From the NCBI GenBank assembly GCA_963851265.1, contig CAWKNZ010000010.1, positions 1-64,000 on the forward strand: a stretch of DNA of 64,000 nt, read 5' to 3'. The stretch is from an uncultured Gemmatimonadales bacterium. GTDB lineage: Bacteria; Gemmatimonadota; Gemmatimonadetes; Gemmatimonadales; Gemmatimonadaceae. How positions within the stretch are numbered: the stretch's first letter is position 1; each line of letters starts with the position of its first letter. Below are positions 21,906 to 31,437 of this stretch, in pieces. The position numbers and the translations under genes were made by a program. Under the pieces are notes generated by a model. The model was not told the origin of the DNA and did no database searches. It saw only the letters and a list, made by a program, of their open reading frames with translations.

Positions 21906-24900
21906 TCACGCCACCGCGCGCAGTGCCGCGGGTGGCGCCGCGGGTGGCGCGGCGCGGGTGGGCGCGGGCGCGTCATCGCGATCCGCCGCCCCGTCACGCC
22001 GGGCGACTCCCGCCAAGTACGCCGCGCGTGTCGCTGCCGAGTGCGCGCCGGCGGCGCGCGGCTCCACGCGGAGAAAGCGCCCGCGCACCGCCGCCCAGTC
22101 GTCGAGCAGCGCCCGCGCCCGCGCGCTCCCGGTCGCCGCCGCGTGCTCGCCGAGGAGCGCGTGCACCACCGCCTCGTCCTCCGCGCCGAGCGCGCCCACG
22201 TCGACCATCTCGCGGTTCACGCGCCGCGCGAACACCCCGTCCTCGTCCAGCACGTACGCGAGCCCGTTCGACATCCCGGCGCCGAAGTTGCGCCCCGTGC
22301 GCCCGAGCACGACGACGATGCCGCCGGTCATGTACTCGCAGCAGTGGTTGCCCGCGCCCTCCACCACCGCGATCGCCCCCGAGTTGCGGACCGCGAACCG
22401 ATCGCCCGCCTGGCCGGCCGCGAACAGGCGCCCGCGCGTGGCGCCGTAGAGGGCCGTGTTGCCGAGGATCATCTGGTTGTGCGCGTCGGCCGCGTAGCGC
22501 GCGCGCGCGAACGGCCGCACCGCGATCGTCGCGCCGTTGAGCCCCTTGCCGACGTAGTCGTTCGCCTCGCCCGCGAGCGACAGGTGCATTCCCGAGATCG
22601 CGAACGCGGCGAAGCTCTGGCCGGCCGTGCCGTCGAAGGCGAGGCGGACGTGCCCCGAGGGAAGTCCCGCGTCGCCGTGCCGCTCCGCGATCCACCCGGC
22701 CACGCGCGAGCCGACCGCGAGGTGGTGGTTGCGGATCTCGTACGCGTGCGAGAACGGGCAGCTCGCCTCGAGGGCCGGCGCGGCGTCGCGCAGGATGACC
22801 TCGTCGAGCGTCTCGCCGTGCGTTCGCGCCGCGCGCGCGGCGGCGGCCGACGTCGTGCGCCGCGGCGACTCGCCCGCGCGCTCCGCCCGCGTCAGCAGCA
22901 TCGAGAGGTCGAGCATCGCGGAGCGCGGCACCTCCGGGTGGTCCACGCGCTCCAGCAGGTCGGCGCGGCCGACGATCTCGTCCACCGAGCGCGCGCCGAG
23001 CGCGGCGAGCAGCCGCCGCACCTCGTCGGCCACGTTGGTGAAGAACGCGATCGCGTGCTCGGGGCGTCCCGTGTACTTGGCGCGCAGGTCCTCGCGCTGC
23101 GTGGCGATGCCGGTCGGGCAGGTGTTGTTGTGGCACTGTCGGGCCATCGCGCAGCCGATCGCGACGAGCGCGGCGGTGCCGAACCCGAACGCTTCGGCGC
23201 CTAACAGCGCGCCGATCACCACGTCGCGCCCGGTCTTCAGCCCGCCGTCGACGCGCAACTCCACGCGGTGGCGCAGCCCGCTCCGCACCAACACGTGCTG
23301 CGCCTCGGCCAGCCCCGGCTCCCACGGCGAGCCCGCGTTCTTGATGGACGACAGTGGCGACGCGCCGGTGCCGCCGTCGTGGCCGGCGATGAGCACGTAG
23401 TCGGCGTACGCCTTCGCCACGCCGGCGGCGACCGTGCCGACGCCGCTCTCCGACACGAGCTTCACCCCGATGCGCGCGCGCGGGTTGACGGCGCGCAGGT
23501 CGTGCACGAGCTGGGCGAGGTCCTCGATCGAGTAGATGTCGTGGTGCGGCGGCGGCGAGATGAGCGACACCCCGGGCACCGCGTGCCGCAGGCGCGCGAT
23601 GAGTTCGGTCACCTTGTGCGCGGGCAGCTGGCCGCCCTCGCCCGGCTTCGCGCCCTGCACGATCTTGATCTCGAGTTCGTCGGCGCGTGCCAGGTACTCG
23701 GTAGTCACTCCGAAGCGCGCCGATGCGACCTGCTTGATCCTGTTGTCGCGCCGCTCGCCGCCCGCCCCGGGCGTCCACAGCACCGGGTCCTCGCCCCCCT
23801 CGCCCGAGTTCGACCGTGCGCCGATCGCGTTCATGGCCTCGCCCAACGTCGCGTGCGCCTCGGGCGAGAGCGAGCCGAGCGACATGGCCGAGATGATGAA
23901 GCGCTTCCGGATCTCCTCGACCGACTCGACCTGGTCGAGCCCGACCGGGAGCATGCCCGTGCGCGTGCCGCTCCGCAGTCCCACGAGGTCGCGGGGTGCC
24001 GCCGGCCGGCGGTGATCCTGCCCGTCGCGGAAGCCGGCCCACGCCGCCGCGCGCTTCGCGGCCGCAGCCTCGGGTGCCTCCGCCACGGCCGTACGGGCGG
24101 CGCGCCCGGCACCGACCGCCTCTTGCAGGGCGACGGCTGCCGTCGGCGCCCACGCGTGCGCCTCGCTCTCCCTGCGATAGCGCACGCGCCCGTGGTCGGG
24201 CAGGGCGTGCGCGAGCGCCCCGCCCGCGGCGGGGAACGCCCCGGCGTGCCAGCCGAGCGCGTCCTCGGCGAGCTCGCGGAAGCCGATGCCGCCTAACGGC
24301 GAGACGGTCCCGGCGAAGCAGCCGTCCATCACCTCCGCCCCGAGCCCGACCGCCTCGAAGATCTGCGCGCCGCAGTACGAGACGAGCGTCGAGATGCCCA
24401 TCTTCGCCATGATCTTGAGCAGGCCCTTCTCGAGCGCCCCGCGCACGCGCGCCTGCGCCGCCGCCGGGCTCGGCCGCTCCGCGTCGGCCTCGCCGCGGCG
24501 TCCGTGCGCGGGCGGTTCGTCGTAGATCGCCGCGACGGAGTCCATCGCGAGCCACGGGTGCACCGCCTCCGCACCGTAGCCGAACAGCGTCGCGACCTGG
24601 TGCGCGTCGACCGCGTCGCCCGCCTCGGCGACGAGGCCCACGCGCGCGCGGAGCCCGGTGCGCACGAGGTGCTGCCGCACCGCGCCCACCGCGAGCAGCA
24701 CGGGGATCGGCGCGCGCTCGGCCGAGACGGCGCGGTCGCTGATGATGAGGATGCGCGCGCCGCGGCGCGTCGCGCGTTCGGCGGCGCGGCAGCACGCGCC
24801 GAGGGCGCGCTCCAGCCCCTCGGGGCCCTCGACTGCCGGCCACGTCGCGTCGACCACCGTCGCCGGGAAGCCGCGCGCCGCGCGCAGCGCGGCCATCTCG

Positions 24901-26624
24901 CCGGGGAGCAACACCGGGTGCTCGACGCGCAGCATGCGCGCGTCCTGCGGCTTCTCCTGGAGCGGCGAGCCGTTGCGGCCGAGGTGCATGCGGAGCGACA
25001 TGACGAGCTGCTCGCGCAGCGGGTCGATGGGCGGGTTGGTCACCTGCGCGAAGCGCTGGCGCAGGTAGGCCGACACCGGCCGCGGCACGCGCGCGAGGGG
25101 CGCGATGGGCGTGTCGTCGCCCATGCTCCACACCATGTCCGCGCCGGTCGCGCCCATCGGCTCCAGCACGAGGCGCAGCTCCTCGAAGCCGAGCCCGAAC
25201 GCGTGCTGGCGCGCGCGCAACTCGGCCGGCGCGGTCACGTTAGGCGACTCGCCGGTGGTGTCGGGGAGCGTCACCATGTTGCGCGCCACCCACTCCGCGT
25301 ACGGCCGCCGCCCGGCGATCTCGCGCTTCGCGGCGAGGTTGCGAACGACACGCCGCCCCACCGTGTCGACGACGAGCACGCCGCCCGGCCCGAGCTTGCC
25401 CGTCTCGACCACGTCGCGCGGGTCGAGGTCGGCGATGCCCACCTCCGAGCCGGCCACGACGAGGCCGTCCGCGCGGATCTTGTAGCGACAGGGGCGCAGG
25501 CCGTTGCGGTCGAGCGAGACGGCGACCATGCGGCCGTCGGAGTAGGCGAGCGCCGCGGGCCCGTCCCACGGCTCGATGAGGCACTGGTGGTACTCGTAGA
25601 ACGCGCGGATCGCGCGGTCGGCGTCGGGGAACTGCTCCCACGCCTGCGGCACGAGCATCATCACCGCGTGCGCCGGCGACCGTCCGGCGCGCACCAGCAG
25701 CTCGAGCGCGTTGTCGAGACTCGCCGAGTCGCTGCCCCCCGGCGTGATCACGTCGCGCAGCCGCTCGATCCGCTCGCCGAACACCGACGGCTGCAGCGTC
25801 GTGCGGCGCATCGCGAACGCGCTCCGGTTGCCCCAGATCGTGTTGATCTCGCCGTTGTGCGCCAGCAGGCGGAACGGCTGCACGAGGTCCCAGCGTGGCG
25901 CCGTGTTCGTCGCGTAGCGCTCGTGGAAGACGGTGATCGCGGTCGCGTACGCGGGATCGCGCAGGTCGGGGTAGAATAGCGGCAGCTGTACGCCGCTCAG
26001 CAGCGCCTTGTAGACCACCGTGCGGCACGAGAACGACGCGCAGTAGAACGGCGCGATCGCCTCGGCCGCGGCGCGCAACTCCATCTCGCGGCGCGCGAGG
26101 TACAGGGCGCGCTCCCACACCTCGTCGTCGTCGACGCCGGCGGGGCGTCCGACGACGACCTGTCGCACGGCCGGGCGCGAGACGCGCGCCGACGGCGCGA
26201 GCGCGCCCACGTCGACCGGCACGTCGCGCCACGCGAGGCACGGAATCCCGTCGCGCGCGAGCACGCGCTCGACGAGGGCGCGCGCGCGTTCGCGCGCCGC
26301 CGGTGCGTCGGGGACGAAGAACATGCCCACGGCGAACGGCACCGCCTCGTCGGCGATGGCCGGCACCTCGCGACGCAGCAGGTCGACGGGCAGCTGCGTG
26401 AGCACGCCCGCGCCGTCGCCCGCGTGGTCTGCGCCCGCGGCCCCGCGGTGCGCCATCCGGATGAGCGCTTCGAGTCCGACCGCGAGCACGTCGTGCGTGC
26501 GCACGCCGTCGCTCCGCGCGACGAACCCGGTGCCGCACGCGTCGCGTGGGGCGTACGGGCTGAGCGGGCCGTCGTCGTCGAAGTCGGCGCGGCGCGCGTG
26601 GCGCGGCTGCGTCCCAATCGGCAT
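21906..26624 (-). CDS. gltB: glutamate synthase large subunit
   Basis: Ntn 'DACGTGF', AHNGEINT, EPWDGPA, FAQVTNPPIDPLRE, SNSGEGGED, QGAKPGEGGQLP, [3Fe-4S] C-x5-C-x4-C, C-terminal GXGXG repeats. Confidence 0.96.
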   Translation of the reverse strand: MPIGTQPRHARRADFDDDGPLSPYAPRDACGTGFVARSDGVRTHDVLAVGLEALIRMAHRGAAGADHAGDGAGVLTQLPVDLLRREVPAIADEAVPFAVGMFFVPDAPAARERARALVERVLARDGIPCLAWRDVPVDVGALAPSARVSRPAVRQVVVGRPAGVDDDEVWERALYLARREMELRAAAEAIAPFYCASFSCRTVVYKALLSGVQLPLFYPDLRDPAYATAITVFHERYATNTAPRWDLVQPFRLLAHNGEINTIWGNRSAFAMRRTTLQPSVFGERIERLRDVITPGGSDSASLDNALELLVRAGRSPAHAVMMLVPQAWEQFPDADRAIRAFYEYHQCLIEPWDGPAALAYSDGRMVAVSLDRNGLRPCRYKIRADGLVVAGSEVGIADLDPRDVVETGKLGPGGVLVVDTVGRRVVRNLAAKREIAGRRPYAEWVARNMVTLPDTTGESPNVTAPAELRARQHAFGLGFEELRLVLEPMGATGADMVWSMGDDTPIAPLARVPRPVSAYLRQRFAQVTNPPIDPLREQLVMSLRMHLGRNGSPLQEKPQDARMLRVEHPVLLPGEMAALRAARGFPATVVDATWPAVEGPEGLERALGACCRAAERATRRGARILIISDRAVSAERAPIPVLLAVGAVRQHLVRTGLRARVGLVAEAGDAVDAHQVATLFGYGAEAVHPWLAMDSVAAIYDEPPAHGRRGEADAERPSPAAAQARVRGALEKGLLKIMAKMGISTLVSYCGAQIFEAVGLGAEVMDGCFAGTVSPLGGIGFRELAEDALGWHAGAFPAAGGALAHALPDHGRVRYRRESEAHAWAPTAAVALQEAVGAGRAARTAVAEAPEAAAAKRAAAWAGFRDGQDHRRPAAPRDLVGLRSGTRTGMLPVGLDQVESVEEIRKRFIISAMSLGSLSPEAHATLGEAMNAIGARSNSGEGGEDPVLWTPGAGGERRDNRIKQVASARFGVTTEYLARADELEIKIVQGAKPGEGGQLPAHKVTELIARLRHAVPGVSLISPPPHHDIYSIEDLAQLVHDLRAVNPRARIGVKLVSESGVGTVAAGVAKAYADYVLIAGHDGGTGASPLSSIKNAGSPWEPGLAEAQHVLVRSGLRHRVELRVDGGLKTGRDVVIGALLGAEAFGFGTAALVAIGCAMARQCHNNTCPTGIATQREDLRAKYTGRPEHAIAFFTNVADEVRRLLAALGARSVDEIVGRADLLERVDHPEVPRSAMLDLSMLLTRAERAGESPRRTTSAAAARAARTHGETLDEVILRDAAPALEASCPFSHAYEIRNHHLAVGSRVAGWIAERHGDAGLPSGHVRLAFDGTAGQSFAAFAISGMHLSLAGEANDYVGKGLNGATIAVRPFARARYAADAHNQMILGNTALYGATRGRLFAAGQAGDRFAVRNSGAIAVVEGAGNHCCEYMTGGIVVVLGRTGRNFGAGMSNGLAYVLDEDGVFARRVNREMVDVGALGAEDEAVVHALLGEHAAATGSARARALLDDWAAVRGRFLRVEPRAAGAHSAATRAAYLAGVARRDGAADRDDAPAPTRAAPPAAPPAALRAVA

Positions 26625-26682
26625 CGGTCGTCTCCGGCGTACGGCATCCCGAGCATCCGCGCCACGCTGGCCGGACTGCATC

Positions 26683-26711
26683 ATTATGCACAAACCCGGC
26701 GCCGGATACAA
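26683..26711 (-). promoter_or_regulatory. putative sigma-70 promoter of gltB
   Basis: Minus strand TTGTAT-N17-CATAAT, about 60 bp upstream of the gltB ATG; overlapped by imperfect palindrome TGCATcATtATGCA (26677-26690). Confidence 0.6.
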
Positions 26712-26752
26712 ATGCGGACACCGGACCGGCTCGTCCGGCGGGCCGCAGCGGG

Positions 26753-27964
26753 TCAGCGTCGCAGGATGCCGCCCGAGCTGAGCTCCTCCATCGTACGGAA
26801 CCGCTGGGCCTCGTTCGCCTCGACGTAGACGGTGGTCGTCCGCACGTCCTCGTGGTCGAGCAGTCCCTGGACGTCCGTGAGACTGTGCCCGTCGGCGAGC
26901 GCGTGGTAGGCCACGGCGTGCCGGAGCTTGTGTGGCGACAGCTGCCGAACGACGGCGGGCGACAGCCCCGCCGCCTCGCCCGCCAGCAGGAGCCGCTCCC
27001 AGGCGCGCTTGCGCGACAGCACCCGCCCGGTCCAGGGATGGAGGAATAAATACGCGTCCGGATCGCCCGTCGGACGCGACAGCGGACTCGTCGCGTCGGG
27101 CTTGCGGCGGCGCAGGTGCGCGCGGGGGGTGAGCGTGAGGCGCACGGCGAGCCAGCGCTCGACGTCGGTCTTGACGACGCCCGCGATCACCTTGCGCCGC
27201 GGTTTGTTGCCCTTGACGTACGCGGTGATGAGCCACCGCTCGGGGTCGGCGAGATCGAGGGCGCGCAACTGCAATGCCTGCGCGGAGCCGATGCGCAGGC
27301 CGAGGTGGTAGCAGAGCCGGAAGAGCGCGACGTCGAGCACGTGCAGGTTGCGCTCGCGCAGCGCCGCCGTGGTCCCGATGGCCTCGCACGCCGCGATGCG
27401 CGCCTCCCACCAGTCGAACAGCTGCCGGAGCGCTTCGCGGGCGAGCCGCACGGGGTCGGGGCGTGCGAAGGCCGGCGCGCGCAGGCTCACAACCGGGCTG
27501 AAAGCGACGACCGGCAGAGCGTCACCGGCGGAGCCCTCGGGCACGGGGTCACCGTACGACGCGTCGCGCGGTGTGTCGCGGGCCCAGGAGTAGAAGGCCT
27601 TCAGGACGGCAAGCTTCCGCGCGGCCGTACGCGGTGCCCACAGGCCCTTCGATCCGGGCACGGCCGGGTCGCGCGTGTTGTCGCGGAGCCAGCGGCGGAC
27701 GTCCTCCGCGCGGACATCGCGCAGCGACTGCGGGCCGAGTGCCGTCGCGAAGAGGAACAGGTCGGTCCGGTACGCGGCGCGGGTGCTCGCCGCGAGGTCG
27801 CGCGCGTGCAGGAAGCGTGCGACGAGCGCCTGGTTGTCGTCCGACGGCTGTGGTGCGGGCTCGGCGACCTCGGGTGCGTCGAACGGCCGCAGTGCGGCGG
27901 TGCGGTTGGCGGGCGCCGCACGCGGCGGCTGCTTCGTCTTGCGAGCGATCGTGCGACGGGGCAT
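26753..27964 (-). CDS. tyrosine recombinase/integrase (XerC/D-like)
   Basis: N-terminal SAM-like 'STRAAYRTDL'; catalytic R (LGLR), K (VKG), HKLRH, H (LDHED), Y (TTVY); GGAGG RBS. Confidence 0.92.
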   Translation of the reverse strand: MPRRTIARKTKQPPRAAPANRTAALRPFDAPEVAEPAPQPSDDNQALVARFLHARDLAASTRAAYRTDLFLFATALGPQSLRDVRAEDVRRWLRDNTRDPAVPGSKGLWAPRTAARKLAVLKAFYSWARDTPRDASYGDPVPEGSAGDALPVVAFSPVVSLRAPAFARPDPVRLAREALRQLFDWWEARIAACEAIGTTAALRERNLHVLDVALFRLCYHLGLRIGSAQALQLRALDLADPERWLITAYVKGNKPRRKVIAGVVKTDVERWLAVRLTLTPRAHLRRRKPDATSPLSRPTGDPDAYLFLHPWTGRVLSRKRAWERLLLAGEAAGLSPAVVRQLSPHKLRHAVAYHALADGHSLTDVQGLLDHEDVRTTTVYVEANEAQRFRTMEELSSGGILRR

Positions 27965-28183
27965 GGCAGGCGAGCCTCCGTTGTCGTGGGTTCGTCTTGG
28001 TCTGTGGATGCTAGACTGTCGGAACTGGGAACGGTAGTTCTGGGTTTCCAGAGTCGTGCACGGCGCCACCTGGTCGCATCAGTCCGAAGCAGTTACCGCG
28101 GGGTCGGTTCGTCGCTTCCCCGTTACGAGAGTGCCAGCCGCACCAGAGAGGCGGATTTCATGACAGCGCATTAATGTGGCAGA

Positions 28184-29326
28184 ATGCTCGGTATCAAGCG
28201 TCTCGTGCTCACCGCGTCCCGACGAGCCGGCGTCAACACCCTCGTCGCCTCGACGGCGTGGCGCGACGCCCGGCTCGTGATTCTCTGCTACCACGGCGTG
28301 TCGCTCGACGACGAGCACGTCGCCTGGCCCGACCTGTATCTCCCGCCGGATCTCTTCCGCCGGCGCCTCGAGCACCTGCGCGCCCGCCGCTGCAACATCC
28401 TGCCGCTCGGCGACGCGCTCGAGCGTCTCCGCGCCGGCTCGCTCCCGCCGCGGAGCGTCGCGATCACGTTCGACGACGGCACCCAAGACTTCGCCCGCCG
28501 CGCCGTCCCGCTACTGCAGGAATTCGACGTGCCCGCGACCGTGTACGTCGCCACGTATTACTCAGGGCGCGGTCAGCCGATCTTCGACACCGCCCTCCGG
28601 TACGTACTCTGGCGCGGCCGCGAGACTCGCGCGGAGTTGGGCGCCCTCGCCGGCACTCCCGAGCCGCTCACCCTCGGCTCCCGCGAGGAGCGCCTTCGCG
28701 CCGGCGACGCGCTCATGCTCCGGGCGCGCGCCGAGAGTATGGGCGCGGACGAGAAGGACGCGCTACTGCGCCGCGTGGCGGAGGCGGTCGGCCTGGACTA
28801 CGACGCGTTCGTCGCGACGGGGATGTTTCAGATCATGACGCCCGCCCAAATCCGCACCCTGCCGCACGACCTGATCGGACTGGGGCTGCACACGCACCGC
28901 CACCGCCTCCCGGCCGAAGCCGGCGCGTTCGCGCGCGAGCTCGCGGACAACCGCACCGCCCTGCACTCGTTAGGCGCCACCGCGCTGACCCACTTCTGCT
29001 ATCCCAACGGCGAATACCGCGCCGACGTCCGCGGCTGGCTCCGCTCGCTCGGCGTCGCGTCGGCCACGACGTGCGTTCCCGGCGTGGCCGGTCGCGACGG
29101 CGACCCGTTCCTGCTCCCGCGCGTGGTCGACACGTGCGGCGTGAGCGACGTCGCGTTCGACGCGTGGGTGACTGGCGTTGCCGACCTGCTCCCGCGCCGA
29201 CGCGAGTACCGCCTCGACCCGGCAATCGCCGACGCGGAGCCGGGTCAGGGCGGTGCCGGCGCACCATACCTGACGCGACGCGTCCGTGTGCGCACGGCGG
29301 TCCACGAGCGCGCGACCTCGGCCTGA
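28184..29326 (+). CDS. polysaccharide deacetylase (CE4/NodB-like)
   Basis: ILCYHGV, AITFDDG, HTHRH, FCYPNG, LLPR. Confidence 0.9.
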   Translation: MLGIKRLVLTASRRAGVNTLVASTAWRDARLVILCYHGVSLDDEHVAWPDLYLPPDLFRRRLEHLRARRCNILPLGDALERLRAGSLPPRSVAITFDDGTQDFARRAVPLLQEFDVPATVYVATYYSGRGQPIFDTALRYVLWRGRETRAELGALAGTPEPLTLGSREERLRAGDALMLRARAESMGADEKDALLRRVAEAVGLDYDAFVATGMFQIMTPAQIRTLPHDLIGLGLHTHRHRLPAEAGAFARELADNRTALHSLGATALTHFCYPNGEYRADVRGWLRSLGVASATTCVPGVAGRDGDPFLLPRVVDTCGVSDVAFDAWVTGVADLLPRRREYRLDPAIADAEPGQGGAGAPYLTRRVRVRTAVHERATSA

Positions 29327-29410
29327 GAAACTGTGTCGAAACGCTAAGTCGCTGCCGTGGAATGAGTTACGCGTGCCCATCGGAACGTCTTCGCACCGTC
29401 GGAGGCCCGC

Positions 29411-29482
29411 GTGCGCCCGCCGTACCCGTCCGACGCCGAGTGGGCGCTCCTCGCCCCGCTCCCTCCCCGCCCACGCCGACCG
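29411..29482 (+). pseudogene. IS5-family transposase N-terminal remnant
   Basis: 'RPPYPSDAEWALLAPLPP' resembles the YPSDLTDAEW..L.PLLP start of IS5 transposases; the remainder is missing. Confidence 0.7.
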
Positions 29483-29689
29483 GCCGTCCCGGGCGCGCCG
29501 TCGCGCCCGCGGGTCGGCGGCGGCCTACTAAGGCGCCGCAAAGAGGATCGGGGTGACCGCCGTTACGGGCTAGCGGGGGTGGGGGGCGGGCCTATCGTAG
29601 CGGCGGTAGTCCCGCCCTCCGGCCTGCAGGACCTGACGAGTGTCAGGCTGGACGCCGCGCGTCCCCGCAGGCTGCCTCCCGCCCCGCCC

Positions 29690-30316
29690 ATGCCCCACCG
29701 CACGTCCCCCTCGCGCGCGCTGGCCGCGCTGGCCGCCCTGGCCGCCGCGCTGGTGACCGCCCCGCTTGCCGCCCGCCCCGCCGTCGCGCAGACCACGATT
29801 GCGAGCATGACGAACGGGCCCTTCCCCTCAAGCGGAAACTACTATTGGGGCACGCCGGTCGCGGTGACGGCCGCCGGGAGCTACAACCAGCTCACGTTCA
29901 GCTTCTTGCTCGGGTACCCCTTGACGACACCCAACGCGGAGGGCACGGCGTTCCTGCTCACGCAGGCGTACATCGGCACGCCGGACGAACTGAGTACCGC
30001 CACGCCCGGGTTCCTCGCGGCCTCGACCAACATCGTCGGCGGCCGGTACGTCTTCGCCCCCGGCGTGGCCGTCATCGGCGGGCAGACGTATTACGTCTAC
30101 GAGAACAGGGCTTTAGAGGTCTACGGCGGCGGGACCGGCGGTTCTTCCGCGGTCAGCTATGGCGGGTCCGACGCGTTCCGCGGCGGCGGGCCCGAGATCA
30201 ACTACCAGATGCAAGGCGTCGCGGTGACCGCGGCCCCCGAACCCGCCACCTGGGCCCTGCTCGGCGCGGGGCTGCTGGCGATGGGCGGCGTGGCCCGGCG
30301 GCGCCGGCGCGCGTAG
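29690..30316 (+). CDS. PEP-CTERM sorting domain protein
   Basis: Signal peptide ending AVA-Q; C-terminal 'APEPATWALLGAGLLAMGGVARRRRRA'. Confidence 0.92.
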   Translation: MPHRTSPSRALAALAALAAALVTAPLAARPAVAQTTIASMTNGPFPSSGNYYWGTPVAVTAAGSYNQLTFSFLLGYPLTTPNAEGTAFLLTQAYIGTPDELSTATPGFLAASTNIVGGRYVFAPGVAVIGGQTYYVYENRALEVYGGGTGGSSAVSYGGSDAFRGGGPEINYQMQGVAVTAAPEPATWALLGAGLLAMGGVARRRRRA

Positions 30317-30525
30317 GCGTTAGTCCGCGCACGCACCACAGCCCGGCCGCTCCGGCGGTCGGGGCCGACGGGAGGTCCCCACGCGGGGGCCTCCCATTCG
30401 TGCATCCGGGCTACACCCGGCGCACCTGCGTTCTCAAACAGTCTCTGAGGTGCGTCTGCAAAGGCCGGCGTAGGTTGCCACCGCGATCCACAGCCGCATT
30501 GCCGCTTCCCCACACCCGTCTCGCC

Positions 30526-30918
30526 ATGTTCCCGGTGGATGTCGCGGTCGTCCTGAGGCGTTTCGAGCAGCCCGATGAGGTGCGCGAGTTGGTGAAGGGG
30601 CGCTTCGAGGTGGTGCGCCTCGGGGGCATGACCATCGGCCGGGCGACCTACGAGCCCGGCTGGCGCTGGAGCGAGCACGTCGGGCCCGGGGTCGGCCAGA
30701 CCCGGTGCGCCGTGGAGCATGTGGGCCTCGTCGTGTCCGGCGCGGCGACGGCGGCACTCGACGGGGGCGAGGTCATCGTGATGCGGGCCGGGGACCTGTT
30801 CTACGTGCCGCCGATCCCGCACGACAGCTGGGTGGTGGGCGACGAGCCGTACGTATCGCTGCACTTCCTGGGCGCCGATCACTACGCGTCGGCGGACGCG
30901 CCGCCTGAAGCGGCGTAG
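30526..30918 (+). CDS. cupin domain protein
   Basis: 'ATYEPGWRWSEHV...C.VEHVGLVVSG...AGDLFYVPPIPHDSWVVGDEPYVSLHF'. Confidence 0.85.
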   Translation: MFPVDVAVVLRRFEQPDEVRELVKGRFEVVRLGGMTIGRATYEPGWRWSEHVGPGVGQTRCAVEHVGLVVSGAATAALDGGEVIVMRAGDLFYVPPIPHDSWVVGDEPYVSLHFLGADHYASADAPPEAA

Positions 30919-30954
30919 CGGGGGCGACGATCCGCTCGCGGGTCCGAGAGCGGG

Positions 30955-31437
30955 CGTGGTCGAGAGGAGTTGACCGACGCGAAGCGAGCCGAGATCGGCC
31001 CGCTGCTGCCATCCCGACGGCCGGGGACGGGGCGCCCGCCCCGGACCACCGCACGGTGCTGCGCGCGATCCTGTAGATCCTGCGGACCGGCGCGCCGGGG
31101 CGCGATCTACCCGAACGCTTCGGCCCGTGGAGTACCGCGTGGAGTCGCTGGCCAAGGGCCAACCCCGGCGCCGGACCGCGTCCGGGGTCTGGGTCCGGGT
31201 ACTGGCAGTGCTGCAACACACGGCCGACGCGGCGGGCGAGATCAACTGGACGATGCACTTCGTCGACGGCGGCGGCGTACGCGCACACGCCAGGGGTGTA
31301 ACGCAGCACGCCGCGGTCGGGGTCTGGCACACGACGCGCTCGGCCGAAGCCGGGGCGGATTCTCGACCAAGATCCACGTAGGGGCGGAGGGCGGCGGCAA
31401 GCCGATGACCGTCGTGGCGTCAGGCGGCGAGCGCTAC
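30955..31437 (+). pseudogene. degraded IS5-family transposase
   Basis: Fragments in several frames: 'ELTDA...IGPLLP..GRPP', 'RTVLRAIL*ILRTGAP.RDLPERFGPWST' (TAG at 31074), 'VDG..VRAH', 'LGRSRGGFSTKIH'. Confidence 0.85.

Larger units (their letters stand above)
29327..30445 (+). mobile_element. non-autonomous IS5 (IS1031-like) derivative carrying a PEP-CTERM gene
   Basis: Left end GAAACTGTGTCGAAACG vs right-end reverse complement GAGACTGTTTGAGAACG (12/17); TGA duplicated on both sides (29324-6, 30446-8); transposase N-terminal remnant inside. Confidence 0.65.

Noticed and set aside
26625..27410. 1834-aa ORF extending gltB through the recombinase gene
   Set aside because: The Ntn Cys sits just after ATG 26624 and a promoter lies at 26683-26711; the extension is an open alternative frame, not a fusion.
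29411..29689. Apparent in-frame transposase-PEP-CTERM fusion (301 aa)
   Set aside because: A proper signal peptide starts at ATG 29690; the upstream part is a remnant that happens to be in frame.
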